From Lingula anatina (Eukaryota; Animalia; Brachiopoda): a DNA stretch of 64,000 nt. The stretch covers positions 5,704,001 to 5,768,000 of the forward strand of contig CM120647.1 of the NCBI GenBank assembly GCA_051362555.1. Direction: 5' to 3'. The notes under the pieces are model-generated. The model worked only from the letters and a program-made list of their open reading frames with translations. It had not been told where the DNA came from and did no database searches. The translations under genes were made by a program, and so were the position numbers. This document shows positions 12,325 through 27,854 of this stretch, one piece after another (the stretch's first letter is position 1; each line of letters begins with the position of its first letter).

Positions 12325-14156
12325 TCTATGACTGAAATAAAAGTACTTTAAGAAATTGTGTCAGTTATAAACGCCCCCCCCCCAAGTCAAGTTATTCCAA
12401 ACAGTTTGTGGCCATCTGCATTACTAAGTGAAAAATGGCGCCCAGCGAGCAGGGTGAGAAACGTGCTCAGTTTGTAACGATTTTATATCCGTTTTCACTT
12501 AAGTTAAACCAACCTGCAGGCAATCATACAAAGAAACATATGTTCATTTACCAGTAAAAGTAGTTTAACGCGTATCAAAAGTGTATTAATGTGTGAAAGA
12601 CCTCAATTCGTACTTACTTTTTTCGACGAGGATTTCCTAAAATCTTCGTAGCTTGGAAGAACGAACTACGAAAAACGATGACGTAGTGCACATGTTCGTC
12701 CTTCGTCTTCGTTGTTCGTCGTTTGCTAAACCTCCCTAATAAAACAGTGCATTTGCACTTTGAAAAATGTGCTCATATGACCAACCTCATATTATGTTCA
12801 TCTCTGAGAAATCACTGTCCAGAAATAGTTTCAACATTACTCTTTCCATATTTTTACAATCGAGCTTTAAAATATGGCAGTTTTTTGCTCAGATCAGCCA
12901 TATCATACAATGTTCTCACGAACGGTTTCTGATCACGTCTATAGAACTGAGCACTGGGGCAAGAAAATATGCATCAAATTTCTCAATGACAGTGTCTAAT
13001 TTTTTTCTGATCCTCTTCTGACAGACCAAATGAGTTAAATATAATTAAGAGCATGTAAGCTTTCTCCTTACTTGTTTTCTTGTTGTAGCATGCATGGATG
13101 TAGATGTCATATTCTCAGATGAAAGTTCTCCAATTTTGCTGAAGGTTCCCTTCAAATGACAGCAGTACTGGCTTTCTGAGACCTGCTGCCATCTTCTTTT
13201 GCCCTTTTTTTTACTTGGACTTGTCCTGCAAACAGGTTTATAATCCTGCTTCTGACACTATGTACAATTATGAAGACACAACAAGACAACCATCTGTTAT
13301 CAAACTACTTTAATGACCGATATCCCTACACGGGATGCTTAGGCATGAGTGATGGGGCTAGTGCTACTGCACTATGCATGTAGATACATGTAGTTCCATT
13401 TACAGTTATGAAAAGAAAACTGTATTACTTATTATTTTTTTGATTACAAGAATGATTCTTAGGATTGACATACAGCTCAAATTAGAAAAACAGCTCTATT
13501 GGATTATCATTTTTATTGAATTTATGCATTTTTTTGTGAAATTTTCATTTTTTTCATTCTGGTATTTTCTAAGTGAAAAAATGACCTGTTTTCTGCATTT
13601 TTATTTTCTGTTTTTTGTCTGTACATTTGACAGCTTTGCTGCCTTGTTTTTATTTAAATACATATAATCTGCATGTAAAAATGTACATAACAATTATGAT
13701 GAGAAGTTCAAATGAATAAAAAAAATCCTGTTACGTCATTGTTTCATTTAATTTACAAAGAACAGTATCTGTTAAAGCTGTCACACAAATTGTTGTCAAA
13801 ACTGGGCCAATATCAAATCCCCACTAAAAATGCTGGTGAAGCCAGCATTAATTTTCACAGATGGCAGTCTCAATTTATTGCAGCTTGTTTTACTGTTGGA
13901 AGTTTTTTCATTTTATCCTGGACTTGGGAGGTGACTTGTTGAGCATATGTTGTAAAAGTATGCTTGACAGTATTTCCAAGTGAGCAGCTTGTGCAATTTT
14001 ACAGCTAAATCTTATGCTAAGGTCACGGCTGACACATATCTTTAAAGCCACAGCTGTTATAATGTCAAGGTCACAGCTGTCACAGTGTCTGAAGGAAAAA
14101 GATGACACACTGTATAGAGGTTAATGGAATGTCCCAAAGGCGCAGCTAGCAAAATG

Positions 14157-15836
<1,680 letters not shown>

Positions 15837-16718
15837 CTGAGTTTTAAAAAATAAGCGATATTAATTAAATTTTTTGTTCTAATTTACACGTTTCTGTATA
15901 TCAAACAGTTAGAACTACTAGTAAAATTTAGAAAGGGTGTACTGCAGACTGGAAAATAATTTCTCCAGTACGCCCCTATTAAATTATAAATTAGTAAGTT
16001 TAACAGCTTCAGGCTACGTCTTCTTTCTTGTTACAGTGTACAGAATATTTTTTCTGCAAAGCCATCTGCTGTCCTACATTGGTATGTACCAATAAACTGA
16101 TAAAAAAAATCGCTTTAACTATTAAAGTATTTACAGCAATCAGCATTTACTTCCATTTTAATGCAACTACATGTGTTTCAGGGTGTCACTGTCACTGTCT
16201 GAGAGTTCAGTGTCTGTGGCTTTACTATTTTTTCCAACCCTCTGGTTTTATTAATGATTGTGTCATACAAAGAACTCACCTGCTGGCATTCTAATTGTTA
16301 CCTCTGTTACATAGAAATAAACTTGCACCGATATCTGAGGAATCTATATCCAGTTAAAAGAATAAATGGTCAACCTATCCTTCACAGTTTCTGAGAAAGT
16401 TGAGTCTATGGTTACGCTAATCACGCAATATGCGAGATAATGCGAGATACATTTTGAAGCTAGCACAGATATATGCATTTAGTTGTAAGGAAATTGATAA
16501 AAAGAGTCTGTGGGCATAAGTACAAACCAATATTAAAAGAAAATAATTGACACTATAACATTTGATTTTCTTATATATTATATGATAAATTGTCGTTGGA
16601 TTTTTATTCTTTAAGTATTTTGTAATACAACCTTGACCTCCATTGATATCGAGGCTAGACGCCATTCCCAGCAGACGGATCGTCAATGCAGGCAAAAAGT
16701 CTGCTCTAAATTGACATC

Positions 16719-19700
16719 ATGTTGCGATCTTCTTCATTAGTGCGTACTGTTGCCAGGCAGCTTAACGTACAGCGAGTTTCTAGGGTCGCTGCAACCCGTT
16801 CATTGTGCACGACATGTAGTAGAAATCGTCATATAAGTTCAAGGTGAGTGAGAAGTCACGTCTCGAGAAAAAGATACAAGCCGGTTGAGTGGTGTTGAGT
16901 GTCTGTGATATTTTTTTCTGTGCAAGAGTGAAGACTATAATGTCACAAAATGATTGTTTTCTTAAATATTCAAAAGTTCATTGTTTTCACCAACTGTTTA
17001 GAACTGTAAGTTTTGTGTCTCACAAATAACGCTGTCGATAAGTGACATTGACATTTCAGCGCTTAGCTGTCGATCGTTTTTGTGCTTTGGATTGTAATTA
17101 GATTTTCACTTAATAGTTTTTCTTGCAAAAATAATCAGTATTTAAGTTGAAAACACCATTAAAAATTGTGAGATGAAGTACTGGTATTTTTACCAAGACC
17201 CCATTCAAATTAGGACTTAATGCCAAAAATATTGTTTCTTGTATCCAGGCATTAAAAATATTCTTGTCCAGAATGTATTTAAAATGGACATCTAGGAAAC
17301 ATGTTTCACAGCACTGCCTGTTTATACATAAAATAAAATCTGTCATCCCATGCATTATGTAAGCTCCAAGTTACTAATATTACATTATTGAGAGTAAGAA
17401 TGCTTGTTCTCATGAACCCAGCAGTGTTATATGTCACAAATTAGCTTTTATTTTCCTCTTATGTGACCCTCACAATATTGCTCTGTTTTTTTCAGTCTTG
17501 TATCCAAACATGGACAGCCAGGACAGACTTTCCTTACATGCCACAGTCAGTGTCAACCAAGGCGATATTACAGCTCAGATCTACCAGATCACTTCAAGGT
17601 GCCCCTCCCCGCCCTCTCTCCTACCATGGAAGTGGGCAACATAGTCAGCTGGGGAAAGAAAGAAGGTATGCTAATGTATTTACGAGGATAGCTTCATTGG
17701 GATGTTCAGTTTCTTGACGTTATAATGGAGGTTTCATTTTTTTATTATTATTATTATTATTTTTTTATTTTTATTTATTTTTTTTACTTTCCAAAGTTGT
17801 CGAACGGTCATTTGAGATGTGGTATAAATACTAACCTGCTTGTGCAGATTTTTGTAAAATTTCAGTTGGTGAACAGAGTTGAATATGATTTATTAAATGA
17901 TGATGATGATGATTATGATGATGATGATAATAATAATAATAATAATAATAATATGATGATGATGATGATGATAATGAATTAATATTTTTACTGTATTTTT
18001 CTTCCAGGTGATCAGGTTTCAGAAGGAGACCTCTTAGCAGAGATAGAGACAGACAAGGCCACAATGGGGTTTGAGACACCAGAAGAGGGATACCTAGCCA
18101 AGATTCTCATTGAAGCAGGTGCTAAGGAGGTACCTGTAGGCAAGGTAAGATATTGTGATGTAGTAAACAGGGATAAGATTTTTCCTACAATTAGCAGATT
18201 TCAGACATTTTGGGACATTTCAGACATTGGCCCAGGGGGCCCCCTGAACCCCATGTCAAATTTTTAAACTAAATGACAGTCTCATCCCTGAGTGAATTAA
18301 AACAGCATACAGTTTTGAAACGTATCCCCCATCTTTTGTCTTCAACAAAAAAAAATAAAAATAAACAGGTTTTCAAACTGCTAAAATTGCTGCCAAAAGT
18401 ACAAGCTGGCTAAAATGTTGCTGAGTATAAGTTAGCCTTTTCATCTGATTTTTTCAAGGATGTGGATCCTGTATTCATAGTAAAATGAAATGTACTCCCT
18501 ATTTCAGCCCCTTGCCTGATCATTAAATTTCACCTAACACAGTAACTGTAATGTGTCTTAGCCAGAATTTGTCTCAGTCATCTCAACTAGCACATGGTTA
18601 GGTGTAAGGTGCTATGTATCAACCCTCTACCAGATCCCCAGACTGATTATTCACTACACTGATTATTCACAGCTATGTTTGTGGGTAATTCTATACACTT
18701 ACTTGAATTGTAATTTCTAGGCTGGACTTAAGTATAGATGGAGGTTAATCACAGTAAAGAACACACTAAACTTGGCAACGGTTATGTTGTGTCTCAGCCA
18801 TCTCACCTCACATGTTATAATTATGTTTATGCTATGTATTTACTCTCTGTCAGGGCCACAACTTGAATTTTTCACTGCATATTCCCAGCTATTTCTCTGG
18901 GTAATTCTACACACTTTTCTGTATTGTGATAGTTTATATATGGAATTGACTTCGTCACTCAGCTTGCCTATGGTAGGGAGTACTGTGTATCCTAGTAGAG
19001 AACATGAAAAACATCGTTTCAGCCCTGTTATAGTACTTAACACCTTGTTTTCATTGTCTTTTGTAGCTGCTATGTATCATAGTGGAGAACAAAGAGGACA
19101 TAGAAGCATTCAAAGATTACCAACCATCGGAAGAAGATTCCGCTTCAGCACCAGCTGCAGCTGCTGAGCCCGCACCGGCAGCACCTGCCCCTCCACCCCC
19201 ACCCCGGCCCCCACAGCCAGGAGCCCCTCCTCCCCCTCCCCCTCCTACACAGCCAGCAAGCTCCGTTCCCCCACCCCCACCCCCACCCCCATCCCGACCA
19301 GCTGGAGGGAGGGTGATGGCTTCACCTTTGGCTAGGACTCTGGCTGCAGAGAGGAATATTGACTTGAGCGTAAGTAGAGATCTTGAACAGACAAATAGAC
19401 ATATTTTGTGGAAGAACTTGATACCTGTCTTTACCTGTTGAGAGAATTACAATCTACAAAGTTTACTTGTTTTCATGTTCCATATTTATTAGTTACACAA
19501 GTACTTCAGTACCATCAGTTTCTTTTTAGAAACAGCACATTTCTTTTGCAATTGACTAAAATAAATTAAAACTCACAAATGGTCTATAATTTTGCTCATG
19601 GTTTTTTGGATATATGTGGTTTCTTGATAAGTAATGATTGAAATTTCCAGGCAAATAAGTTCTTTGCTTTAAAAACATCCAAAACTCACCGGCTCTGTCA

Positions 19701-21282
19701 GTCCACAGAAAATGATTTTTCTTTTCATTCTTAAAAGGAGAATTCATCTTTTTTTTTCCACCAGATGGTGACAGGGACAGGACCGGAGGGGCGTATACAA
19801 GGCAGCGACGTGCTGAACTACACCCCTTCTGTGGCGGCCCCTCTCCCGCCACCACAGCCTCTTCCTGGACAAGCTTATGTGGATATCCCCATGTCCAATG
19901 TGAGGCAGGTTATAGCCAAGAGATTGCTGCAGTCCAAACAGACCATACCGCATTACTATCTGTCTGTGGATATTAACATGGATAATATTTTGGAGTAAGT
20001 TTTGATAATGGGTAAAATATAGGCAGCATTTGTGGTAGTTTGTTTATTATTTTGTTTATTTATTTGATTGTTTTTTTTTTATTGCAAGTATTATTTTAGA
20101 GCAAGCTTTTGAATATGGAAGATAATGGGTAATATATTGGGAGGATTTCAGATAGCAGAAAGATTATAATGATTGCACTTTCTCTGAATTGGTCATTCCT
20201 CAGGTGTGATTTTTTAAAATACCAGAAATATCATGGAGTATGTTTCAGTGCATAATTAATTATATCAACTAGATATTATTTATACCGGTCTTGTTATAGA
20301 TATTATTTGTTTTCTTATCTGTTTTCTTTGCAGACTTCGAAAGGAGTTGAATGATATTCTTTCCAAAGAGGAAGTGAAATTATCTGTCAATGATTTTGTC
20401 ATCAAGGCCGCTGCTCTGGCGTGTAAGAAGGTTCCTGAGGCCAATTCCTCCTGGATGGACACATATATTAGGCAGTAAGTCATCTAAAAATTGAGACCAA
20501 AATTTTTGTTCAATCCAGTTATATATAATAATTAACAAAGACATTTATTAGGCAGTAAGTCATCTTATAGTTTAGACAAAAAATTGGGTTCACCTCAGTG
20601 CATTAGAAATCAGTAGACACAGATTTGTTGGATTTGATAAGCCATCAGGGTATATACTTGAGACTTTCTGTGAGGGTTATGAATCTGTGTTAAATATTAG
20701 AGCAAAAATTTGGTCCTTTTCAGTTCAAGATAATACCATAGTAGTCCATTTTAATAGGTTAAATTTTAGACCAATTTTGGGGCTTACAATTTTCAGTGAA
20801 TCTATCCTCAGAAACGCAATTTATCTAGGGATTATATTTTCTAGATTACTGTGCATGTTTATTACTATTGTACATATTTATTGTTTCAGATATACCAATG
20901 TAGACATTAATGTAGCAGTGGCAACAGATGGAGGACTTATTACTCCCATTGTGTTCAACGCTGATAAAAAGGTGAATTTTCTCAACTAACACAATTGTAA
21001 AGTGTCACAACTAATGGAGTTGTATGAAGTCACAACTGGTGCATTTGTGGTAGACACAACAAGCTGTTGAAGTAGTGTAAGACCTGGTGCTTCAGCTAAG
21101 ATAGCAGGTTGTGGAGTTATGTTCATTGAAATTTGCAAATTGTGTTGAACATTGACTAAAAGGTGAACTCCCTTAAATTTTTACCATGACGTGAAGTTCA
21201 CAAATCTTTATCTCCATACCAAGTGTCTCAGATTTAAACTTATAATTAGAAAACAGCTTTGAAGCCCATAACATTGTACACA

Positions 21283-21316
<34 letters not shown>

Positions 21317-22805
21317 TTGGCTTTCTATTCCAGGGTTTGGCATCAATTTGCTTGGATGTTGGGGCCCTCGCTTTGAAAGCCAGAGAAGGCAAACTACAGC
21401 CTCATGAATTTCAGGTAACAGTACTCTTAGGGCGTATTCCCAGAGCTTTTAGATTGATCTATCCCCGTGGGGAGTCTCACTAGATTACTGTCAGATAATC
21501 CGGCTTAAGTGTCAGTCCCGCCTACTACAAGCTGTAAGGGGGTAATTAACTTTCGTGCTCGCTCGGCTGACAGCTATTTAGCGTGAACCCCCAGGGAGTT
21601 AGGTCGATCTAAAGTAGATCGATCTAATCTCTGGGAATGGGGTCTTACTGTAACAGTTTGAGTACATTGTCATAAAATAAGTGAAGGTCTTACAGTTTTG
21701 TATACATTCACCTCTCTATATGTCATGAAAATAACTTTAAGTTAATAAGTTTTCTATTACAAGCAGTGTTAGAAATTAAGGCTGGACCATCTGCCCGGGG
21801 CAGACAACTTTTAGAACGGGCAGAGAAGTTTTCCAAACCGGCAGGCATTCTAGCCAGCTAATTTTCAAGATTGCTGAGCTTTCGGTCCAGCAACTTATTT
21901 TCTTAAAATCAAAAATTTCTCCACCTTTCTGTTTGAAATACTTCAATTATTTTCTTGTAGGGTGGCACTTTCACAATCTCCAATCTTTGAATGTGTGGCG
22001 TCAAGAATTTCTCCGTCTTTCTATAAGAAATATTTCATTTTTTTTTCTTGCAGGGTGGCACTTTCACAATCTCTAATCTTGGAATGTATGGCGTCAAGAA
22101 TTTCTCTGCCATTATCAATCCTCCTCAGGCCTGTATACTGGCTGTTGGAGGCTCGGAGAAGAGACTGGTGGTCGACCCCGACAGTGAAAATGGGTATGTC
22201 ATTTATAAAAACACCATAAGATAAATATATAGAAAGAAAAAGAACTCTGAAATTTTAGGGTTTTTTTTAACAACACAGTATTCTGTACAGAAGCATGTAG
22301 AGAAAATCACTATGGATAACCCATATATAGAATTCCACGTTTTCACAAAACTCACAATTTTTTTTTTTTTTTTTACTGTCACAACTGAAGTTCATTAGCC
22401 TTTATCACGTGAGAGTGACTTAAAATTTCAAAAAACGGATTTATTGATCATAACTTTCTGAGTGATCTTGGATATGGAACGCCTTATGATCAAATGAGAA
22501 TTTGTCTCACTTTTGGAAAATTTAATTATTGTGTCATTGGACATAACTTTTAATGATAATGCTGCTTTGATTAAGCAGTTATTTGAATTAAAAAAATTTA
22601 CAGTTGATTCCTCTAATGAATATATGTGTATGGGGTATGAAAACTTCATTGAATGGCAACTGTTTCCATTTCCAGCTACAGAACTGCTAACGTAATGAGT
22701 GTGACGCTGAGCTGTGATCACAGAGTTGTAGATGGCGCAGTAGGAGCCCAGTGGTTGGCCGAATTTAGGAAATATCTGGAAAAGCCAAACACGATGCTAA
22801 TATAA
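16719..22805 (+). CDS. DLAT: Dihydrolipoamide acetyltransferase (PDH E2), 10 exons: 16719-16843, 17496-17665, 18008-18144, 19067-19369, 19765-19994, 20334-20474, 20890-20971, 21334-21414, 22054-22193, 22676-22805
   Basis: Arg/Ser-rich targeting peptide; LPALSPTM; EIETDKATM lipoyl motif; [15 protein letters not shown]3-binding domain; [13 protein letters not shown]; SCDHRVVDG catalytic motif; splice phases consistent. Confidence 0.97.
21430..21644. mobile_element. Harbinger/Tourist-like MITE (partial relatives at ~31449-31525 and ~39590-39720)
   Basis: Imperfect TIR GGGCGTATTCCCAGAG / CTCTGGGAATGGGGTC; TTA TSD. Confidence 0.75.
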
Positions 22806-25755
22806 ACTTTATGCCCTCTGCCCAGAGCAGAAGATATATTTTAGAAATTGGTATCCATTGAAACTCTGAGACTTAATTGGTGTTTAGAATATACCTGTAA
22901 TCCATATATAACATATATGAGTACAACACCAAGAGAAACTATTTCATATACTCGCCACAGCTGAACATCTTTATATTAAACAGATAATACTGTCTAGTAA
23001 CACACTATTAAGAATTTTACAACTGAGCTTGAAGCTTGTAATACTTTATGTTTTAATTGGTGAATGAAAATTTAAGTTGAGTTTAGATATGGAATTAAGC
23101 CTGTGGTCCAGAGAAAGTCAATACAGGTGCATTAATTTTAGGTATTTATTAATTGACGGAACCCTAGTTGTTACTCATTGTACACCTGAGGTAGCTAAAG
23201 GGCGTCTTCTTTGCTTATCACACCCGAGTGGTGAATGTTGGATAAATTATGGCAGATTAAATGGCTTGACCATTGCTGGTTTCTACAACAACGGCTGACA
23301 GAAGTACAGGTGAAATGCACCGTGTGTTTTGTCATTTTGCTGTGCGGGCCATTGGAAGTTGGGGGTCGTTGGAAGTTGTATGCATAATGCCATAGAGAGA
23401 TTGACATTCATTAAAGATAATACGAGAAAAAATTATAGTCCGAAGTTTTGAGCTGATGCCGTAAAATTTATTCATTTTCAATTGCACTTTGATATGAAAA
23501 CAAAGGATTTGACATACAATGAACGTGAAACTCATGGTTAAAAAATGAGAAAATTCTAATTTTTCTGTGAATGAATGCTTTAAACGATGTACAGTGTATG
23601 CACACGTTCCAGTATATATATATATATATAGTTCTTGGAAAGAAGAAAAACCATGTGAAATGTCGTCATACGAATCTGGCTTAAATCCGTTGTACAGATG
23701 ACTACTTAATATGCACTGATGTACAGCTTACATAGAGTTCACTTTTAATGTATGCTATGAGGTATGCAGTTTATTGTTTAGGTTGGAAAAAGCATTATTA
23801 AGAAAACACCAGTACATCATCTCACGGACTCCATCCATTGAATAGAATTTGCAAATACTGGTCATAATAATATGTACTTCAACAAATCCATTATTTGCTT
23901 TTACATTTATTTAAGTGTACAGTACGTTCGGTGAATCTCTAGTTGTAACACTGGTGGCCACTGAGGCTTAAATTTGTTGTTTTAATGTCTTGCCTCATAG
24001 GCTCAGCATTTGGTGTATCTTGCTCATTACTGCCACCTAGGGAGCATAATTATGTTCCCCATTGTTGGTTATAGCAGTGATGGTAGTTCTAGTATATATA
24101 TGTATACTGCATGGGGTATTTGTTTGAATTTACTGAAAAACTTCAAAGGAAAATAATAAATATACATTTTAAAAACAGTTACTGGCAGATTTTGGCTTAA
24201 CTGGTGTTTTAATAGCTTAGACTTGTGGCAACAGCTTTTTGTACCTTCTATTTCGAAAAGCATTGGTGGTCTCTCTGCCTCTTACATGCCTCTCACGTGC
24301 CTCCTCACGCATCGTCCCTGCAGGGGCACAGTAATTAAATCTCGGCTCAATTTACTGTTCTCAATCTGTCTTAGAACATCATACTCTTCATCTGTTCTAG
24401 CCTCTAGGACATATTCTGAAGTACTTCCCAAAAACAGTTCTCAAACTGTTACATTCATTACAAAAGAACTTTTAAACTGTAAATACTCTAAATATTCTAG
24501 AACAGATTGAGAACTACATAAGTGAATGTTAAATGAGACAAATTTTTGCACAATTTTATCAATTAGATTGTCGCTCAAATCAATCATAACCTGACTGGTT
24601 ACCGAGTGCCATATTTAGAAGGGGGGGGGGGGGGGGGGGCACCCATTACTTTTAACCTTGTGTCTGCCCTCACAAGGTGGACAAGGGCTCCATATAATAA
24701 GAGAATCTGGATATTACAGTAAAAAAGAAAATTTTGTCTGAGGACAATTTTCCAATGGCATAATTTTTTACACTGTTCAATTTCCTCAAACTTAAATGAT
24801 GGCCTCTTGATAATTTTGAAAAGATTTTCACGTAATACACCGACATTTACATGTTTTCACGTACCACGTTTGAGACCAAATTTCTGAATTATATAATTAT
24901 AGAATGGGGTTGTTAAGTCATGTTGTCAACAAGAAGGGCGCGTTCCCAATGAGACCATTGTTCTACTTAATTGGTTCGATCCAAGTACACAAAAACTCTT
25001 GCTGAATGCAATCAGACTAAATAAATAACACACCTCTGCTATTTCACAATCAGACGTACACTTTCAAAATTGAGCATGTCACACTGCCTGTAAGTATTAT
25101 CAAAACCAATCTAGTGCCCACTCTTTGTCCAATCTGGTAGATGGCACTTGGAGCAATCAAAAATTTTTTTTTTGAAAATCGGACATAGATTGGCAAAAAT
25201 ATACTATTTTGAATACCCTAAATACAGCCGTTTTTAGTTGTTACGAAGGGTCACTGCAGTTGTGTAATAATTTCAGGTAGTGGATATGTAATTTAGTATC
25301 GTAATTTATCGCATTTAGTTTGACTAAAGATATCAGTTGTGAGGTATAATGTTGTTTGAAAATCACTTGCAATGGGCATAATATAGTGTAACATATGAGA
25401 CAAAAGCCATTGAATGTTAAAAGGGAGCTCTGTTACGGATTTTTCTGTTTTTAACATAGTTGGTTTCAAGGAGCCCCTGAATATTATGCTTGACAATAAC
25501 TTTTCTTCAGTAATATGGATTTTTAAAGGTATATACTAGTACTCAAGTAGTCAGGGCGTATAAAATCTCTGTGCGCATTCATAAAAATCTCAAAACAAAC
25601 AAAAAAGGTTCCTGGGCCAGAAGCCACAGTTATTACTATATTAACTATTTATGTATTGGAAATTGCATACCAAAATACAGCACTTTTACCTTCAAATTGC
25701 TACATGATGATATAAAACATTTTAACCAAAAAAAAAAATTTAAATACACTGAATT

Positions 25756-26667
25756 TTACACAAAGGCATTTTTAAACAAAGCAACCGGATATGGCTCCTC
25801 CCTTGCTGGATGTTCCTCATTTTCCTTTTTGATCACGATCAAATTATGTAATACCTCATCACTATCAGGACAGGCTACATTTTCACCATGATCAACAGGA
25901 TATGGTTGCTCCCTTGTTGGATGATAATCCGCATTCTTTTTGGTCAGTTTATGTGATACCCCATCACCGTCAGGACAGACTGTATTTTTACCATGATCAA
26001 CTTCTGTTTTATTCTCTCCATGTGTATCATCCACCCCCCAAAGTTCCGGAGTATATCCATTGCAAATTTTCTCATGACTAACTAGATAGTCCTTCCTGCG
26101 AAAACTCTTTCCACACTTAATGCACAAATGTTTGTCCACTCCCTTGTGTGTCCGAATATGACGATTCAGTGAGTACTTGTGTTTGGTCGAAAAATCGCAC
26201 TCTGTACATTTGAAACTTTCACCCTCGTGTACAACCATGTGAGACCTTAAGCAACTAGGAGTGCCAAACGAAAGCGAGCACTCGGTGCACTGGTTTTGCT
26301 TGGAGTGTGCCCTCACTTTATGCTCTCGTATCCTTCCTTCAGGAAATGACTTTTGACAGATGTCGCATTCTACTTTATCCCCATGGTGAGATTTCACGTG
26401 TCTCTGCATCCCCTGCCTCGATGCCATCTTCTTATTGCATATGAAACAAACAAGTTTTGGGCTGTCGTGCATCTTTCGCAAGTGGTCCTCTAAATGGTAT
26501 CTGGAGACAAAGCCAGCGCTGCATTCTGTGCACCACGACTGGTATTTCCCACTGTGTACCATAGAGTGCCTTTTTAAGGCATTCTTTGAGTAATATTCCT
26601 TACCGCACTCTATGCAAGGAAACAGCTCTGAGAAGACAAAAATAGATTACATTAGATACAAGTCGTG

Positions 26668-26740
<73 letters not shown>

Positions 26741-27100
26741 GAAAAGAGAGAAAGTTACATATATTTTGCGACTTATAACATATGTTTACCAAATTTAAAC
26801 ATGGGTATTTTCAAAACTAATTTTTGTTTCATAAAATTCTATTATCATTGAATGCATGTACCCAGTATATCCGATAAGCATGCATGCAGTAATTAAGAAA
26901 AGATGTAATAACTTTTTGGAAATTTTAATTAATCTTTCATCTCAAAATAAGTGAGAAAATACTCTAAATATGAAACATTAAGTGGACCTCACATGCAGGT
27001 GCAGAAATACAAGGCATTTCGAACTTTAATACAATGTAGGTTAATGTTGCACTTCACATATTATTTACAAACCTTTCATTTCCTCTTTTTCAGACACCAT
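25756..27100 (-). CDS. C2H2 zinc-finger protein A (exons 27100-27073 and 26627-25756), ~7 fingers plus acidic tail
   Basis: MVSEKEEMK|ELFPCIECGKEYYSKNALKRHSMVH... spliced in phase; C-terminal ...EPYPVALFKNAFV. Confidence 0.85.
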
Positions 27101-27251
27101 TGAAATTTTCTCCTGAAGTGATATTTAAAAACAGGTTCTTGCACTCCAAACAATAATTATTGGAAGACTTAAAAGCCCCACCCTACTAAAAGTCTAAACA
27201 TACACGTTTTTGAAAAAAGAGACAGTGGAAGAACCTCTCTTCTGCAGTTTG

Positions 27252-27352
27252 TCCAAGGCCCGAAGCTGGATATTGTCTCAAAAAATTATTAGAGGACACT
27301 AAGGGATGACGTCATTACGTATGATAATGATAACTCGTTACTCTATAAATAT

Positions 27353-27387
<35 letters not shown>

Positions 27388-27476
27388 TTTTCTATCGAGT
27401 TAAAGCCCAAGACTATCTTGCATAATGACGCCATCACCGCTCCAAATAATAACAATATCCAACTTCGGGCCCTGGA
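27252..27476. promoter_or_regulatory. Inverted-repeat intergenic core between the divergent ZNF genes, with a CRE motif
   Basis: TCCAAGGCCCGAAGCTGGATATTGT (27252-76) versus ACAATATCCAACTTCGGGCCCTGGA (27452-76); TGACGTCA at 27307 mirrored by TGACGCCA near 27426; (TTTA)n at the centre. Confidence 0.6.
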
Positions 27477-27854
27477 TAAGCAGTCTACTAGTAAGAGTTC
27501 TCAAAAAACCGTCACTGTATTAGTACTTTATTTGTTCCAAAATCTAATCGTTTGAACGTTGGGCTCGATAGATTACTGAAATTATCAGATGGTATCGGAC
27601 CCGACATCTATGATAAATTTGGTGTTGGGATCGCATGGACTTTATTCGAAGACCGAGAGGTCGTCGTCGGAGATTTCACTGTATTTTAAAAATACACAGT
27701 AGTTAAAGTACAAGTGCCACTGCTGCAGAAAATGTGATTTTGCAAGAAATATTGTTCTTTTCAGCACAGGATTCTCGCTGACAAACTTGCAAAAATATAG
27801 ACATTGGGCAAGCTCTTTCATAAAAAAAAAAAAATCCAAGAAATCGTGAACACC

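Larger units (their letters stand above)
6838..12737 (+). mobile_element. PIF/Harbinger DNA transposon, full length
   Basis: ~37-bp TIR AGGGAGGTTTAGCAAA(T/C)GACGAACAACGAAGACGAAG; 3-bp TSD AAT (6835-37, 12738-40); convergent transposase and Myb-like ORFs. Confidence 0.92.
3330..13380 (-). mobile_element. Decayed Gypsy element (host of nested insertions): 5' LTR remnant, PBS, gag, zinc knuckle, protease
   Basis: PBS-like TAGTGTCAGAAGCAGGA at 13260-13244; gag start MAAGLRKPVLLSFEGNLQQNW (ATG 13192); KKLDTVIEKFDAYF near 12960-13010; knuckle CPAYGSTCFACGKFNHWIKCC (6586-6852); protease AFINL|LKISS..CKVATGADGNLI is split by the 3464-6462 insertion. Confidence 0.75.

Noticed and set aside
12436-12455. 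TGGCGCCC PBS-like motif
   Set aside because: No adjacent LTR; lies in the Harbinger ORF2 leader (AAAATGGCG, YY1-like motif)
13290-13380. Possible SINE tail
   Set aside because: Directly adjoins the Gypsy PBS, so better explained as an LTR remnant
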